A stretch of DNA of 64,000 bases, taken from Mantamonas sphyraenae STR306. Its lineage: Eukaryota > Protista > CRuMs. The notes under the pieces were generated by a model. That model did not search any database, was not told where the DNA came from, and saw only the letters and a list, made by a program, of their open reading frames with translations. The translations under genes and the position numbers were made by a program. The stretch covers positions 496,001 through 560,000 of the forward strand of contig JAPMXV010000034.1 in assembly GCA_026936335.1 (NCBI GenBank). Direction: 5' to 3'. This document shows, in pieces, positions 47,901 through 61,102 of this stretch (position 1 is the first letter of the stretch; each line of letters starts with the position of its first letter).

Positions 47901-50900
47901 ACGGCGTACGTGAGAATCCAAATCTGTTCTTGAGGGAGCAGCTCGTCGGCAAACCGATGCAACTGGCTGATGAACAATTTTGCAGCGGCGAGGGGGGAGC
48001 AGGTGTGTTCAGCCAAGATGGCGTTGCACTTGCCCCACAGTGTCATGCGTTCCAACTCCATCGTCCACAGGCAGCCACTGTGGTACTGGTCGATCAAGGA
48101 CAGGGTTTGCCTCAGCGTGACTGCCTCTTCGCTCAGGCCACTCTCGTACGCATACTCACGTGCCACGTCAAACAATTGCGCCTGCAGCAAGGCTTCCAAC
48201 ACCCCCTCGGGACTGGCCTGCAACGCTACCTGCACTCCCGTGCGCTCGCGCAGCTGGAACGTTTGATACCACTGCTGGTAGTTGCCAAAATACATGTACG
48301 CGCTCATGATCTCCAGCAAGTGTGCCTGTTCGTACTCGCTCTCCAGCGTCTCCAACAGCCTCGCTGTCACCTCTTTGCCGATGCTCTGCAACCAATCCAG
48401 CGTCCCCACCGCGCCGTCGTCCTGTCCGTTGCCCATCGTCATCATTGCGTTGGTGGCTCCCTCTTCACCTGCTGCGACTGCTGGTGCTGCTACACTGGAG
48501 GCATCGGATCCCAACGTGTTGGTTTGCCCGTCGCTGTCCTTGCCGTCGTCTGCACCGCTGCTGCTCCAGTTGGCCTGTGTGGCACGCGTGCGGTTCTTGC
48601 GCAGGCTTGCATGTGCCCCTGTGCCACTGCTGGTGCGCACCTTTTCAAACACCACGCTGACAAACCGCTTCAGGTGTTTGGCCGACCTGGCAAATCGGTG
48701 CTGCAGGAACAGCTCCACAAACAGCAGAAAGTTGACCAGCGGGTTCGACGGGTCAAACAGATACAACCCATGCAAGGCCGGCGATGGACGCCGCTGTGTG
48801 CACAACAGACTCAACACACGCCCGAAATCGTCGAGAGAGTAGGGTACGCCAGCACGCACGTCAACTCCGCTGCTGCCGCCGCCTGTCTCCTCCATCTCCT
48901 CCGTTCTGTTCTCACCGTTGTTGCTGCCGTCCTGGTGGTGGGTGTCGATGCTACGCAGGGTGGACGAGCTGATGTTGCACGTGCAGCACAGCCAAGCCAT
49001 CATGCAATCCAGTGTGCTGACATCATCGGGATAGCAGGCGGCCACAATGGCCAACAGCGACTTGTTCATCTCCAACGCATGGCGCAGCAATGACTTGCCT
49101 GGAAAGGGCAGGTGTTGCGACGACAGAATGATGCCAAACACATCCGAGGCCGGATGGCTCTTTTGCATCATCATCGAGTGTTCGCTGAGCACACTGGGAG
49201 CACGTGACATGTCGCCTGTTTCACCCACACCACCCACACCACCTTCGGTTGCACCCCCCGCACCTTGGGCTCCGTTTGCCTGTGTGCCTGCCAGCGACGA
49301 GGCGGCTGCCGTACCTGCTGCCGTAGCCCCGTCGTCTGCGTTTACGTCCGCATCCCCGGTGAGGATCTTGCGTGTGACGACAACGAGGTGGTCACGTACG
49401 CGCGGGTCGGCAAACTCGTGCTTGGCAATGCGCAGCAGGCGATCTGCCGGGAACTGTTGCAGTTGGGCGCTGTACAGGAAGCCCACCCAGTCGTTGGCGC
49501 GAGCCAGCTGCACCAAATGGTATGAACTGAGGGGCAGGTGGTGCACGCGGCAAAACATGGACACCAGCAACCACAGCGACGCACGCTGATGGGAAAACGT
49601 CATCGTACGAAGCGAAGGACGTTGCATCTCCTCAATGGCCTGCTGCTTCGCCACATTGTCCAGCAGCGTTTGGTACGCCATGGGTAGATTCTGTTTGGCC
49701 TTGAGGATATCCATGCCTCCCCTGGGTTTGCGGGGCTTTGCCTTTTTGCCCTTGCCCTTGCCCTTGCCCTTACCCCTGCCACGGATGCTGCTCACGCTCC
49801 CTTCGCCGCTCATGCTCAGAAAGTAGTCCGACACCTTGGGGTTGGACTCTATGTACGCGGTGGCAATCTCCAACTCATGCAACGTCTCCACCAACAGATC
49901 GTCTGGCTCCTCGCCACTCGCAGCCGACGAAGACAGCGGGAAGCAGCGGAACACATCCACCACCTCCTCCACAATCGCCGATCGCTTCACCTTTTCCATA
50001 TCCACCATCATCACAGATGCGGTCTCGTCCATGGTCACGTCCGACATGGAGCCAACGTCACTTGCCTCCGATTCCAGCTCCCAGTCACGTCCAGGCATGG
50101 ATGCAGTGTCGGCAACGGATGCTCCAACACCGCCTCCTGCGGCATCGCTCCCACCACTGGCCGGTGTGCTACCACTGCTCGTTGCCGTGGTGGGCGTGGC
50201 CGTGGAAGAGTACGACACGTGTGCACCCTCTTGCAGACCCCAGCGGAAGATGATGATGCGCTTGCACGCCTCCACGTTGACACGGAACCTCTCCGAGGCA
50301 ATGCCACACAGTTCCAGAAACGTGACGCAGGCACCGACGATGCGAAAGTCTTCAAAGTGGTGCAGACCCACGCTGAGCACCATGTGTTCGAGGAACACGG
50401 CGTCGCCACTGCTGAGTGTGAGTTGAACGGGTGACGACAAAGGGGAATCCGATGTCCCTGCGGTGGTAGACGACGACGACGACGATCCCGCGGTCCTGTG
50501 AGCAAAATGGACGCCGTGGTTGTGCAACAGCAATTGCAGGGCATCCAAGGGCCGTGCTTTGCTCAGGTAGTACCGAATGTCCAGACCATCGACAAAGGTT
50601 TCGCCTGCATAGCGGTTGTTCAGCACGCGGCCGATGCGCAGATCTGCGCTTTGCTGACCGTTGTCGAGGGCTTCCATGGCGGTGAGCGTGAACAGGTCGC
50701 CAAAGGGGAAGCCCGGTTGCAGGTGCAGCTCGTTGAGTTGATGCAACGAGGTGTCGCCACGGCTGGACAGCACGTTGGCTGTGTGCAACAGTCCTTGCGT
50801 GTCCACGCCCATGGTGGTGAGCTCGTATGTGGGCGACAGCACACCCATGTTGTCACCCACCAGTTGTTCCACGGCCAGAGCCGCACGCAACGAGGGACGA

Positions 50901-53900
50901 TTGGCAAGCTGCTCCAGAATGGTTTGGCGATCCAGCGTGGCAAAGGCCGTGTGCAACGGCGTGTCGTGGTACACCTGTGTGGCCAAGGCCATCAACACGC
51001 GGTGATGTTCCACCATACTGGGCACATCATGCAAACTCAAATCCACGTATGTGGCGTTGGCCAGCGCTTTTTCATACACCGAGTCGCCCAGTCGGGACAG
51101 GAGCAGGAAACGCACCCAGGCACGCGCGTGGTCGGACAGATCCGGAATCTGATCGATCCATGTGTCCACATCGGCAGGCTCCAGATCCAGAGCCAGCTCG
51201 TAGTGGTCCAAGTAATGCAGCAGCAGGTACTGGAAGCCCTGGGCGATGCACAGACGAATAAAGTGCACGTGGAAGGGCGACAGGCGCCCCGTGGGCAACA
51301 CGTTGGCTCGGATGTCCACTCCCGTGGCTGTGGCATCTTCAGGTGTGGACTTGGGCAAGAACAGGTGACCGACTTGGGACACGCGTGTGCGCAGCTGCTC
51401 GAGGTTGGCCACATCGTCGGCAACAAACACATTGAACGAAGCCAGCACACGGAGGGTGCTCTCGCGCATAAACGAGGTGGCCTTGCGTGTGCCAATGCTG
51501 TCCTCGATGGCTTCCAGGGGCACGGGTGACGCACGCACGTCGTCGCCCATACTCCCGTCCTCCGCCACGCTGCCCTGCAATTGCAACGACGCCAGCAGCG
51601 GCGCCAATTGTTCCCATTGGTTGTGTGCCAGCACATACTGCAGTCGCGCAAGGGTCGACCGCTCATCCAACTTGTAGCCGGCGTCGACCAGCACGCGCTC
51701 CTTGGTATCCATGGACCAGTGGTCCACCCACCGCAGCTTGGTGTGCAGGTACGCTCCCTGTGCCGTGAAATCGTGGTGGCTGCCTGCAGCTGCTGAGGCG
51801 TTTGCACTCACCCCTTCAGTCGGGGGCGAAACCGTGTCATTCAAGATTTGCTCCAGCGTCACCACGCCTGCGTCCACCGCGTCCCCACCGGCGTCTGCTG
51901 CCAATAATGCTGAATGAGCACCAGCAGCGCCGCTTTGGTTTGCGCCACGGTTGGATGCGCCTGTGCTTCCGCCTCCCTTTGGGGCGCTTGTGTCGCCGGT
52001 GCGGTCGAGGCGGAAACGAGGCTTGGCGTCTTCGAGCTCGCCGTCGAGGAGTGGGAGGAGATGGGTGCGCACGAGGCCAATCTCCTGGCGACTGAGACGC
52101 AGATGGGCAGGCATGGACTCACCCATGCGCTGTACAATGCCACCTGCGTTGCGCAGGTGGTCCATGGCCCGCTTGTAGCGATGTTCCGGATACAGCGATT
52201 CGAGCACGTTGACAAAGTTGAACAGGGACAGCTCGCTGCTGTGATCCACATTCTCAAACAGGCTGCTGCCGATGTCCTGTGCGTTGATGACAATGTACGA
52301 CAGGATGGCGTTGCGCACGTCGGCGTTGGACACGCCGTACGCAATGTCTTTCATGTGCCGCGCCAGGTTCATGCCCAGGTTGCGGAGCATCGTGGCTGCC
52401 GTCGCCACCTGCTTGTTCACCACGCAGTGGTACGCCAGCTGCGTGCCCACCACCGTCAGACGTTGGTACACGTCCATGTCAAGCGGCAGCTTGGCAAACG
52501 AGAATCCCGGGCGGTTCCCGTCGCGTTCCTGACTCGGGCTTCCGCTTGTGCTTCCTCCTGCACTCCCGCTGCTTCCTCCTGCGTTGCCGCCACCACCACC
52601 ACCTCCTCCTCCTCGTGACTCGCCCCCGCGCTGCTTCTTGCTGGACGCATTGGTGCCTGTGGAGCCACCCACGCTGCCGGATACACCTGCCACGCCTGTG
52701 GCGCCTCCGTGTGCAGCTGCCTGGTTCAGTCGCACACGCAACAGCCACAGCGCCTGCGAAACACATCCTTCGACAAGTGCCTGCTTAATGAGGCCGATTT
52801 CTGTGTGCTGTGCACGCAGGGCCTGCATGGCCAGAGCGTGTGCGTCGTCCTTGTTCTGTGTCTGGTGTGTGTTCCGCCTGCGTGTGGTCTCCTCGGCCGC
52901 TGCCTCGCTGCCTCGGATCCACACTTCGTTGTCCTCCCTCTCTTTGGTACTCCGTGCACGTTGCTCCAGCTGCAGGTGGCGAAAGCGAGCCAGAAAGGCA
53001 GAAAAGTGCACCAGAGTCTCCTGCTGGCCGTCACGTGCATGCACGTACCAACCAACGCGTGCCTCCGACTCTCCTCCCTCTTGCCACTGTGCACTCACAA
53101 TCTCCATCGTGTTTTCCTCTTGTTCGTCCTCTCCCACACCTCCGCTGCTGCTGCTCGTGCTGCTCGTGCGCCGATGACTGTGTCGCGGCGTGCCACTACC
53201 ACCACCGCCACCACCACTACCACCGGCAGTGTTTCCAGAGCCCTGTTGATGCACACTCCCGGTGTTGCTTGTGAGTCCGTCTCCTCCCCTTGCCATGGCA
53301 GCAACCCCAGCCAAGCTGGCTTGTTCCATGAGAGCCACGCTGTGTTCGTCGATGATGCGCGTGACAAACCGGATGCCGATCTTCAGCAGCGATGCGTAGT
53401 AATCCTCGTCCTCCACGGAGCCCTGGCGTTCAGCAAAGGCCATCACGCTGTCGTCGATCATCTCGGAAGCCGGTGCGTACTGATCCACGTCGACGTCGTG
53501 GAGGGCCTGTTCCACCACGTCCAGTTGCCGGTAGCGCAAACCCAACTGGAGGGCGTGCAGACGCAACGAACGACGATCCCAGTTGTTCAGGGCACACAGG
53601 TGGTCCGCCGCGTGGGCACTCTCAAACATGACCAGGTTGTTGATCACTGTGGTCTGCCGGAAGCCCAACAGCACCGTGTCGATGCCCTGCGTGTGCATCA
53701 CATACAACACAGCATCGCTGGTGAGCAAGGGCACCCACGCAGCCTCCAGGCCCACAAACATGGCCGTGGATTTCCTCAGAACTCCACCATCCGCTCGCTC
53801 CACCTCCTTCCGCTCCTCTCCGCCATCCACACCTGCTGCAGCCAGGTCGTACACCCACAGCCCACGTGTGTGTCCACTCTTTGCATCCACTGCAGTTGTG

Positions 53901-56404
53901 TACATGTGCGTGCTGTTGATGAGTACCGCACCCGCACGCAGCGACGACCACGACGGCGATGCCAGTTGCTGCGACTCTTGCGTGTCGTCATCGCCTCCCT
54001 GCGTGTGTGGCAGCAATTGCACACGTGTGCACACTGCAGCTTGCACCTGCTGTCGCTTGAGACTGGCCTCCAGGGCACGCAGTCTTGCTGTGTGCTTGCC
54101 AGTGTCACCCTCCGTCGCTCGCTTGGCTGCAAGTGCCGCCGCAAAGCCGTTCCGGCTGCCAAACGACACTCGATGAGGCACAAAGGTCCAAGGAGCCAGC
54201 GTACGATCCTGCAGCGGATCCACAGGTGCCTTGTCACGAGCGGCAGGCTGCCAGCGCTTGCCATGACTCCTGCGTGGCCTGGGCATGCCCGTGCGTGCAG
54301 CCACCATGTACCAATGCGCAGGCACCACTGCGTCGTGGTTATCCAGCGCCCTTGCCTTGCTGGGCAGCTCACTCAGCCAGCCGAATGTGCTCTGCGAATA
54401 CAAATACGCAGGCAAGGGCAAGTCGTCGTCTGCCTCCTCTTCGTCCTCGTCATCCTCGTCCTCATCGCCATGCCCATGTCCCGTGCCATTCCCCTCGTCG
54501 TCCTCCTCGTCCTCTTCATCTTCTTCGTCCTCCTCCTCATCGTCATCATCCGTCTCGTCGTCTTCGTCCTCGTCTGCGTTGCTATCGCTATCGTGTGCAC
54601 TGCGACCACCACGCGACGTCCTGGACAATCCCGTGGACGTGTGTGCGCCTTTGCTGCTGCCGCTTCCACTGCCACTGCCGCCTCCTGCAAACCGAGACAG
54701 GGCCGACGATAGACGCCATCGCAGCGTGGTGGCATGTTTTCCGTCCCACACAGGCGCCGGGATGGCACCCGTGTCACTTGCCAACACATACCTAAGCCAT
54801 CGGTTGGCGAGTCTCATGGACACATGTTCCAACTCCAGCACAGCTGGCGACGCAATGGCCAACGCCGAACCACCTTGGCCTGCAAAGCACGCAAGATGCG
54901 TGGGTTGACGAGCATAGTATCGATCCAAATCGATCAGCAATGCCGTGTTGTCGTCTTCATCCATGCTGGTTGCACTGTCATCGGATGATGATGATAATGA
55001 TGATGATGAGGAGAGCAACTGCAGCTGGACGCCGTTCTGTGAGACGGCGAGGCCCGAAACGTTGGCAAGCCCTCCAGCGACGCTGTTGACGTCTACGAGA
55101 CCATACAGGTGGCCTCGTAGTGTGTAAATGTATACAAAGGGACGCTCGCGTGGCGTGCGTCGAGCGAGGGAAAACAGGAAGCCTCGGGCGACGGTGAGTG
55201 ATTGGGGCTGGGCCGCGGCACGCACGCCGTCGGCGCCCTGCGCATCCACAGAGGCAGGCATGACACAGCATGGGTCCAAGGTAAAGGTGCGTGTGAGGTG
55301 TACCCCGTGTGCGGTGACTTTGAGCATCAGCACACGGCGGTTGCTGAGCACGAGCACGAGTTCGCCCGAAGCCGTCTGCGTGTCGCTCATGAACACGATG
55401 GACACTGGGTCCCACGCCTCCTGCGCCTGTCCTTGCTTTGCCTTCTCCTTGCGCCCATGGCCTGTAAGCTTGTCGTCATTGTCGTCATGTTCACCGTCGT
55501 CTTCTTCATCCTCCTCGTCTTCCTCCTCGTCCTCCTCACCGTCGGCGACGCGGTCGTGCGGGTTCCTGAGAGGGCAACCGCGTGCATCGAGGCCCAGAAC
55601 AGCCAGAAGAGCCGAAAGGTCCACCACGTAGGTTTCAACATCGGGCAGAGACCAGCTGGCAGCGGTGGCATGTGCATCAAAGGCGAGCACACGACAAACC
55701 TGCAGTGGGGAGCGGCAGCCGAGTTGAGTGCCGCCGCCAGCTCGTCCGCTTGATGATGCCCCTGTGCTGCCACTGCTGCTGGTCAGCACCACTGTGCCCG
55801 ACGCAGATGAAACACTGCTGCCACTGCTGCTGCTGCTACTGCTGCTGCCACTGCTGCTGGCCCCAGTGCTGCTGCGCAGCGACTTGACCTCGGTGGTGAA
55901 CCCGGCTGCGTAGCGCACCGCGCAGTCGTCCAGCGTCGTGTGTGCCAGCTGCTTGGACACCAACACGTCACGCGATACATTGAACGTGTGGAAGCACAGC
56001 TTGTCCGTGCGTCCGCTGCTGTCGCCTTGGTGCACCGTCACCATGCATGTGTGCACGCCGTTGTCGTTTTGGCTTGTGACAAAGCAAAATCTGCGCGCGT
56101 GTACCACCCACCATTGTGTGAGTGTGTGTGCACCCAACCCATCCCCAGCTGCCCGTGACGATGCCACCACCATTGTCCCGCCCCGCTCCCCTCTCCGTGA
56201 AACCTACTCTTGTACGTCGGTGGGTGCAAATCCGCGCACAACACGTCCATTCACCTCGGGGTCGGCAAGACACATCAGTGTCACGGCACGTGTCTCGGAC
56301 AAGAAACCCACGTAGCCTCGGTCGAGTGACAGTTTGCATGCGACGTGGACACCCATGTCCACCTCGTCCTCAAACCGTCTCAAGGCCAAGCGTAACCAAT
56401 CCAT
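44939..56404 (-). CDS. SPG11: Spatacsin (SPG11), AP-5-associated
   Basis: About 3790 aa, one 5' intron. ALQLGLRYRQLD, FCRVHHLP.S..HL.QLARANDWVGFL and EVELLVRAHQCY, plus the C-terminal spatacsin domain (SLVIANAYG...W...IYEQVI.KG). Confidence 0.9.
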
Positions 56405-56437
56405 CGAAATTTGCAGTCGTGTTTTTGTTTTGTTGAA

Positions 56438-58406
56438 TCACCGCCCCTCGCTGCCACCCATGAGTGTTGTGGAAAATGCAGGAGGGGGAATGGTGGCCAA
56501 CATCATCACACGAGGATGTGGTGGTGAGGTGGCACTGTGCATGCCTGAACGCGACTCTTGGGGCGAGGAAATCTCCCTTCCCGATTCCTCCTCGGCCGAA
56601 CTACCTCGCGACGGTCCCGTGTTGTCAGAGGCACTGGACGACGCACGGGGAGGAGGCGGTGCACGACGTGCTGGACGTGGCGGCGTGGCAAACGAACGCA
56701 TGCTATGGCGTCGGTTGCCACTGCCGACGGCGGCAAGTGCCGATGCTTGCTGTCGTCCACTGTCTTCGCCTCGCTCGCCACCTGCACCTGCACCACCATC
56801 GCTCTCCTGGCCGTGTCCCGCACGTTGGGAGGCAAACACATCGGAGTGGGTATAGTAGTCTGTGGCTGGGGCTGTGGCCGTGCTGATGCTGCTGGTCCTG
56901 GTGCTGTTGGTGTTGGTGAGGTTGCTCGTCTGTGTGTGTCTGTGTGGTGTTGTGGTGGTGGTGGTGCTTCCTGTGCTGTTGTTGCCTCCCCGATTCCTGT
57001 TCTTTTGCACTCCATCCTGCTGTCCAGACGAGTCGGCATTGTCCAGGGCAATGGCAAGCACACTCTGCAGCACATCGTACTCTTCCTGTGTGTATCGTGT
57101 GGCACGCACAAGCTGGTTCAACTGGGCCATGTCATATCCATGCTTCTGTGACAACGACCGCAGATCGGAACTCCCTTCACGAAACCGTCCCAGGCTGCGT
57201 GTCGTCGTTGTTGTTGATGTTGATGTTGATGTTGTTGTTGTTGGCGTTGCACTCGTCACACTGGTCTGTTGTGAAGCACCATGGGATTCACTGTCATTGC
57301 TACCCTCTGATATGGTGGACAGTGAGGCAAGGTACTCTTCCTGCTGTTCCACAGACGTGGCTAGAGCCAACAGCCGCTGTTCCCAGGTGTGGAGGTGTTC
57401 CCGTCTCCTGTTCAACTCCTCCGTCTCCCTATGTACAATACCCACCGTGCTCTCCTCCAACTGCCGCGCCGTCATCATTCTGCTCTGGATTTGCATCTCC
57501 TTGGCCATCAGATCTTCCTCCAACACCTTCAGCCGCTGGTAATTCTCCAGGTTGAATTGGTACATGATCTCCGAGGTTGCCTTGCTCCGTGTGCCACCTC
57601 CCATGACTCCTGCCTCTCCTGCCGACCCAAAGCCTACACTTGCACCCGTAGGTGTGCCCAACAGGATCCCATCTGTCAGCCGGTTCCCATGCACCAGTTC
57701 ACCCTGAGGACTGGTGTCGGAGACCTCGCTCAGGCTCCATTGCGGTGACACTCGTCCATCCTGCACCAATGCCCCTGTGGATGTCGATGTTCGCAGCGTG
57801 TACGCACGTCTGGACAGCGATCCGTATCCTGCATTGGCATGCAGGCCGCTGCGTTTCGAACGGGTACGTGGCGTGCTGCCTCGCACTCGCGTGACTCCGG
57901 TCCCACTCGGCGTACCTGTGTCTGAAACGCCCGTCCCACTGCCAGACCATCCCCCACTGCCACTGCTTTCCATATCCTGCAGCTCGTCCTCGTGCTGGTT
58001 CCGTCGCACGCGTGCCTGCTGTTCCACCATCTGCCGCACGTACTTCCGTGTGTGTTCACCGCTCCCGCTGCTCTGCTGCGAGTACGACCGACTTCGCGTC
58101 GCCGTGTTTGGCGTGCTGTCGTTCTGTGAGTCGTGCGTGGTGTTCGCGCGTGTCTACTGCGTCAGGATCCACTCTCTCTGGACGGCAGACCCCCGGGGCG
58201 GGGGGAAGCGAATGAAACGGCGCAACGCGGGCAACAGCTGCGCAACGGCCGTCGCAACGCACCTCCAACTTCAGCGCCACTGTATCCAGCTCCGCCTCCA
58301 GTTGTTCGATGAATGAGTCACTCTCCTGTGGGCATGTGAGTGTGAGTCGGTGTGCCGTTGTGATTGTTTTCCTCGATGCCGATCCGTGCTGTTCGCTCAC
58401 CTCCAT
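56438..58406 (-). CDS. Hypothetical low-complexity/coiled-coil protein
   Basis: Exon 1 ATGGAG|GTGAGC, exon 2 ESDSFIEQLEAELDTVALKLE, then a long exon with the coiled coil LENYQRLKVLEEDL...QQEEYL. Splice phases are consistent. Confidence 0.62.
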
Positions 58407-58551
58407 CGGAGTGGTTCAGGTGAAAAAAGATTGCTCCTCTCTGCGCATCCAAAGTGTTCAGACTCTATCCGAGGTACGAATGGGTGCGGATGTGAAGAAT
58501 GGGAATGGGAGTGTGTTCCTCCCTCGATGCGAGCCAACAAAAGGAACCCCA

Positions 58552-59916
58552 ATGTCCTCGTCCTCGTCCGACTCCCATGACGTGGGTGCATTTGGCAACC
58601 TCACCAGCCCGTGTTCCCAGGAGAAGCTGGCATTGATGTAAGCGTGTGTCTCTCTCTCTCTTGCCTGTCTGTCGAGACCAGCTCCCTTTGCGACGACGAT
58701 CACTCACCCTTTTCGCGCGCAGGGAGAAGCGCCGCAAGGAAGCCAAGGCAGACGGTCTGATCCCCGTGGTGTTTGTAGAGTGTGGCTCTTTGAACCCCAT
58801 CACCCACGATCACGTGCGCATGTTTGGTGAGTGCCACCTGCACACCTGAGGCCCGCCTCTGGTGTTCATTTCGGGAACAACGTTCCCTCGCTGACACACA
58901 TACGCACACACAGAATCTGCACGCGACTATTTGGAAACACTGAGTGGTTGGAACAAACACAAGGTCGTCGGTGGGTTTTTGTCTCCCGTGCACGACGGCT
59001 ACAAGAAGAAAGGCCTGATCTCGGCCGAACATCGCATCAAGCTGTGCCAGCTCGGCACCCTGGAGAGTGACTGGATCGATGTGCACACCTGGGAAACGTA
59101 AGTGACACGTCCGCGTTATTGCCATGGTCCAGTGATCCAGTTGCATCATGGGAACCCCTCCTGTGTACCAGTCGTTGCCGTGACACAGACCCACTTGCTC
59201 ACAACCTCCCTCACATACGCCAGCAAGCAGGACGGGCCCTCTCTCACCCTTGCTGTGATGGACCAAGTGTACAAAGAACTCAATGAGGGCAAAGACGGTA
59301 CGTTTACATCCAGACAAGCGTAGCAGCGTACGGGAGAAGGGAGCCGCTGACACGGTCACCCGTTTGTGGTACCCCAACACACAGAGGAGGACATTGTGCA
59401 GGTGCGCTTCCTGGCTGGTTCCGACCTCCTCAAGACAGTGGCCATCCCAAACACATGGGACGAGGATGCCCTGCGCACCCTGCTTGAAAAATACGGAACC
59501 ATTGTCACCCGTCGCTTCGGCTCAGAGGCCTTTGACATCTTTGAGACAAGCGCTCTCCTCAAGGAATTCCAGGTAGGATTGATTGACTCGGGCTCTCGGG
59601 CTCTGCTTGCGCCGTCCACCCCACCATGTGTGTGCTGACCCTCTCCCTTTGGATGCCCCAGGACAACATTTGGCTCTACGAAGATCCTGTGTACAACGAC
59701 CTCAGCTCCACCAAACTGCGGTACGTGCCCTACCCCCAACCATATACGCCTTCCTGGCCTTTCTTGTGAACTGTGATTCTCTTCCTCGAATAACTTATCC
59801 ATTACCGCCTACACAGCCGCTTTTGCAAGACTGGCCAGTCGCTCAAGTACCTCACCCCCGATCCCGTCATCGAATACATCGACGAGCACCAGCTGTACCG
59901 CGAAGAGTCCCCATAA
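58552..59916 (+). CDS. NMNAT: Nicotinamide/nicotinate mononucleotide adenylyltransferase
   Basis: CGSLNPITHDHVRMFE, GGFLSPVHDGYKKKGL..AEHRI, WE, GSDLL, NDLSSTKLR and SLKYLTPD.VIEYI..HQLY. Six introns; alternative ATG at 58480. Confidence 0.94.
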
Positions 59917-59957
59917 ACCTCGTTTCCCGCCCTCCCTTCCCTCTGTCCATTCGCCAC

Positions 59958-60192
59958 CTGTGCGTGGTCATGTGTCAGCTTGTGCGTGCGCGAGAGGTTT
60001 TTGGGTTTCCTCCCTTGCGGCCTGCAAGTTCTCCTCAGTGTCGGTATGCTGTTCTCGTTCACTATTAATTCAGAACAGATCTTGGTATAGTTCATACAGA
60101 ATCATCATTGTGGCCTGCAGGCGCGCGGGTGCCTCTGTGTGCTTTCGGCACAGAGCACACAACGTTGCTCGGAAAAAAACGCGAAAACTCAC
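59958..60192 (-). other. Predicted non-coding (3'-UTR or host-gene) intron containing the snoRNA
   Basis: GTGAGT donor at 60192, CTGAC branch point at ~59974-59978 and GCACAG acceptor ending at 59958. Confidence 0.65.
60030..60113 (-). ncRNA. Box C/D snoRNA (predicted LSU rRNA 2'-O-methylation guide)
   Basis: Box C AUGAUGA (60108-60102), D' CUGA (60073-60070) and D CUGA (60038-60035). AT-rich body with a flanking CCTGCAGG/CTTGCAGG stem. The D' guide ACCAAGAUCUGU is complementary to the conserved LSU rRNA sequence GCAGAUCUUGGU. Confidence 0.85.
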
Positions 60193-60239
60193 CATTTCTC
60201 CCACGGGGCTTTTTCCCCTGCGTTTCAAATGGTTCCTGT

Positions 60240-60968
60240 TCACTGGCTCGAGTCGGTGAGCTCCACGCTGGTCTCGTCCACAACTGTCGAGTCGTTGTGG
60301 CTTACCATCACCACGTGTGCATCCGTCTGTGTGTGGCTAGCCCCTTGTGCGCTTGCAGCATGTTCGGCCATTGCGCCGTCTTCGCTTCCGGCCCCTGTTG
60401 TCAGGCCCGTGTCTACGCGCACGCTGGCCACCTCTTGCTCGGCCACGCTGTCCGTTTGCGCCGTCTCCATTTGCTCCGCCGATGCTGCGTTGCGGTTGCG
60501 AATGGCTTCCACTGCTGCCTGGTTCTGGGCGACTTCCTCGTCGTGCACTTGGCGCGCGGACCGAGCGGTGATTTCGCTCAGTTCCAGGTTTGAATCGTAC
60601 CACTTGCACAGCCTGTGCAGGCGATAGGCCACACTCAGGCGCACACCAGTCAGCACCAGACACAACCACGGTGCGACACGGAAGGACACGTTGTCAGCGT
60701 AGATATAAACCACGGTGATCACGTCGGCAACCGCGCTCATCACAAAGCCTCGTTGACGCAGCCGCTCAAAATGCACCGACTCGTCCGTGTTCTTGACTGT
60801 GTTGCGCATGCCCAACAGCACCATAAACGTCCCAATGGACACCGAGGCACCCACAAACGTCAGGTTGTCAAACACAGAGATGAGAAACCACAGCACATCC
60901 AGTGCAAACAAGTACACGCATTGCATGCGCACCAATGCAAACTGTTCAGACACCCGTGCGGCATCCAT
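60240..60968 (-). CDS. Hypothetical membrane protein (about 4 TM segments, acidic tail)
   Basis: 242-aa ORF from the ATG at 60968, with a hydrophobic N-terminal half and a low-complexity C-terminal half. Confidence 0.6.
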   Translation of the reverse strand: MDAARVSEQFALVRMQCVYLFALDVLWFLISVFDNLTFVGASVSIGTFMVLLGMRNTVKNTDESVHFERLRQRGFVMSAVADVITVVYIYADNVSFRVAPWLCLVLTGVRLSVAYRLHRLCKWYDSNLELSEITARSARQVHDEEVAQNQAAVEAIRNRNAASAEQMETAQTDSVAEQEVASVRVDTGLTTGAGSEDGAMAEHAASAQGASHTQTDAHVVMVSHNDSTVVDETSVELTDSSQ

Positions 60969-61102
60969 GGGAGTTTGTGCACAGAAGTGAGTGGTGAATT
61001 TGATGTGTGGTGGGTGTTGTCTCGCAGTTGTCTCGTCCTGCGCAGCGCTGCCCATCCCGTCCCAACTGGACCACTGAAAAGTTGTTCTGTGCTGGATTGA
61101 AC

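Noticed and set aside
1-56404. Functional cluster of membrane-trafficking genes (FAM91A1, VPS25, TSPOON, EIPR1, TBC1D15, SPG11)
   Set aside because: They belong to different complexes, are interspersed with unrelated genes and come from a large functional category; chance is sufficient.
56405-56437. Spliced-leader trans-splicing as the explanation for the tight tandem spacing
   Set aside because: This 33-bp spacer has no AG acceptor on the sense strand, and gene orientation switches frequently.
9232-58400. Several stop-free introns of length 3n (87, 159, 144, 93, 117, 114, 75 nt)
   Set aside because: The count is not clearly above expectation for short GC-rich introns.
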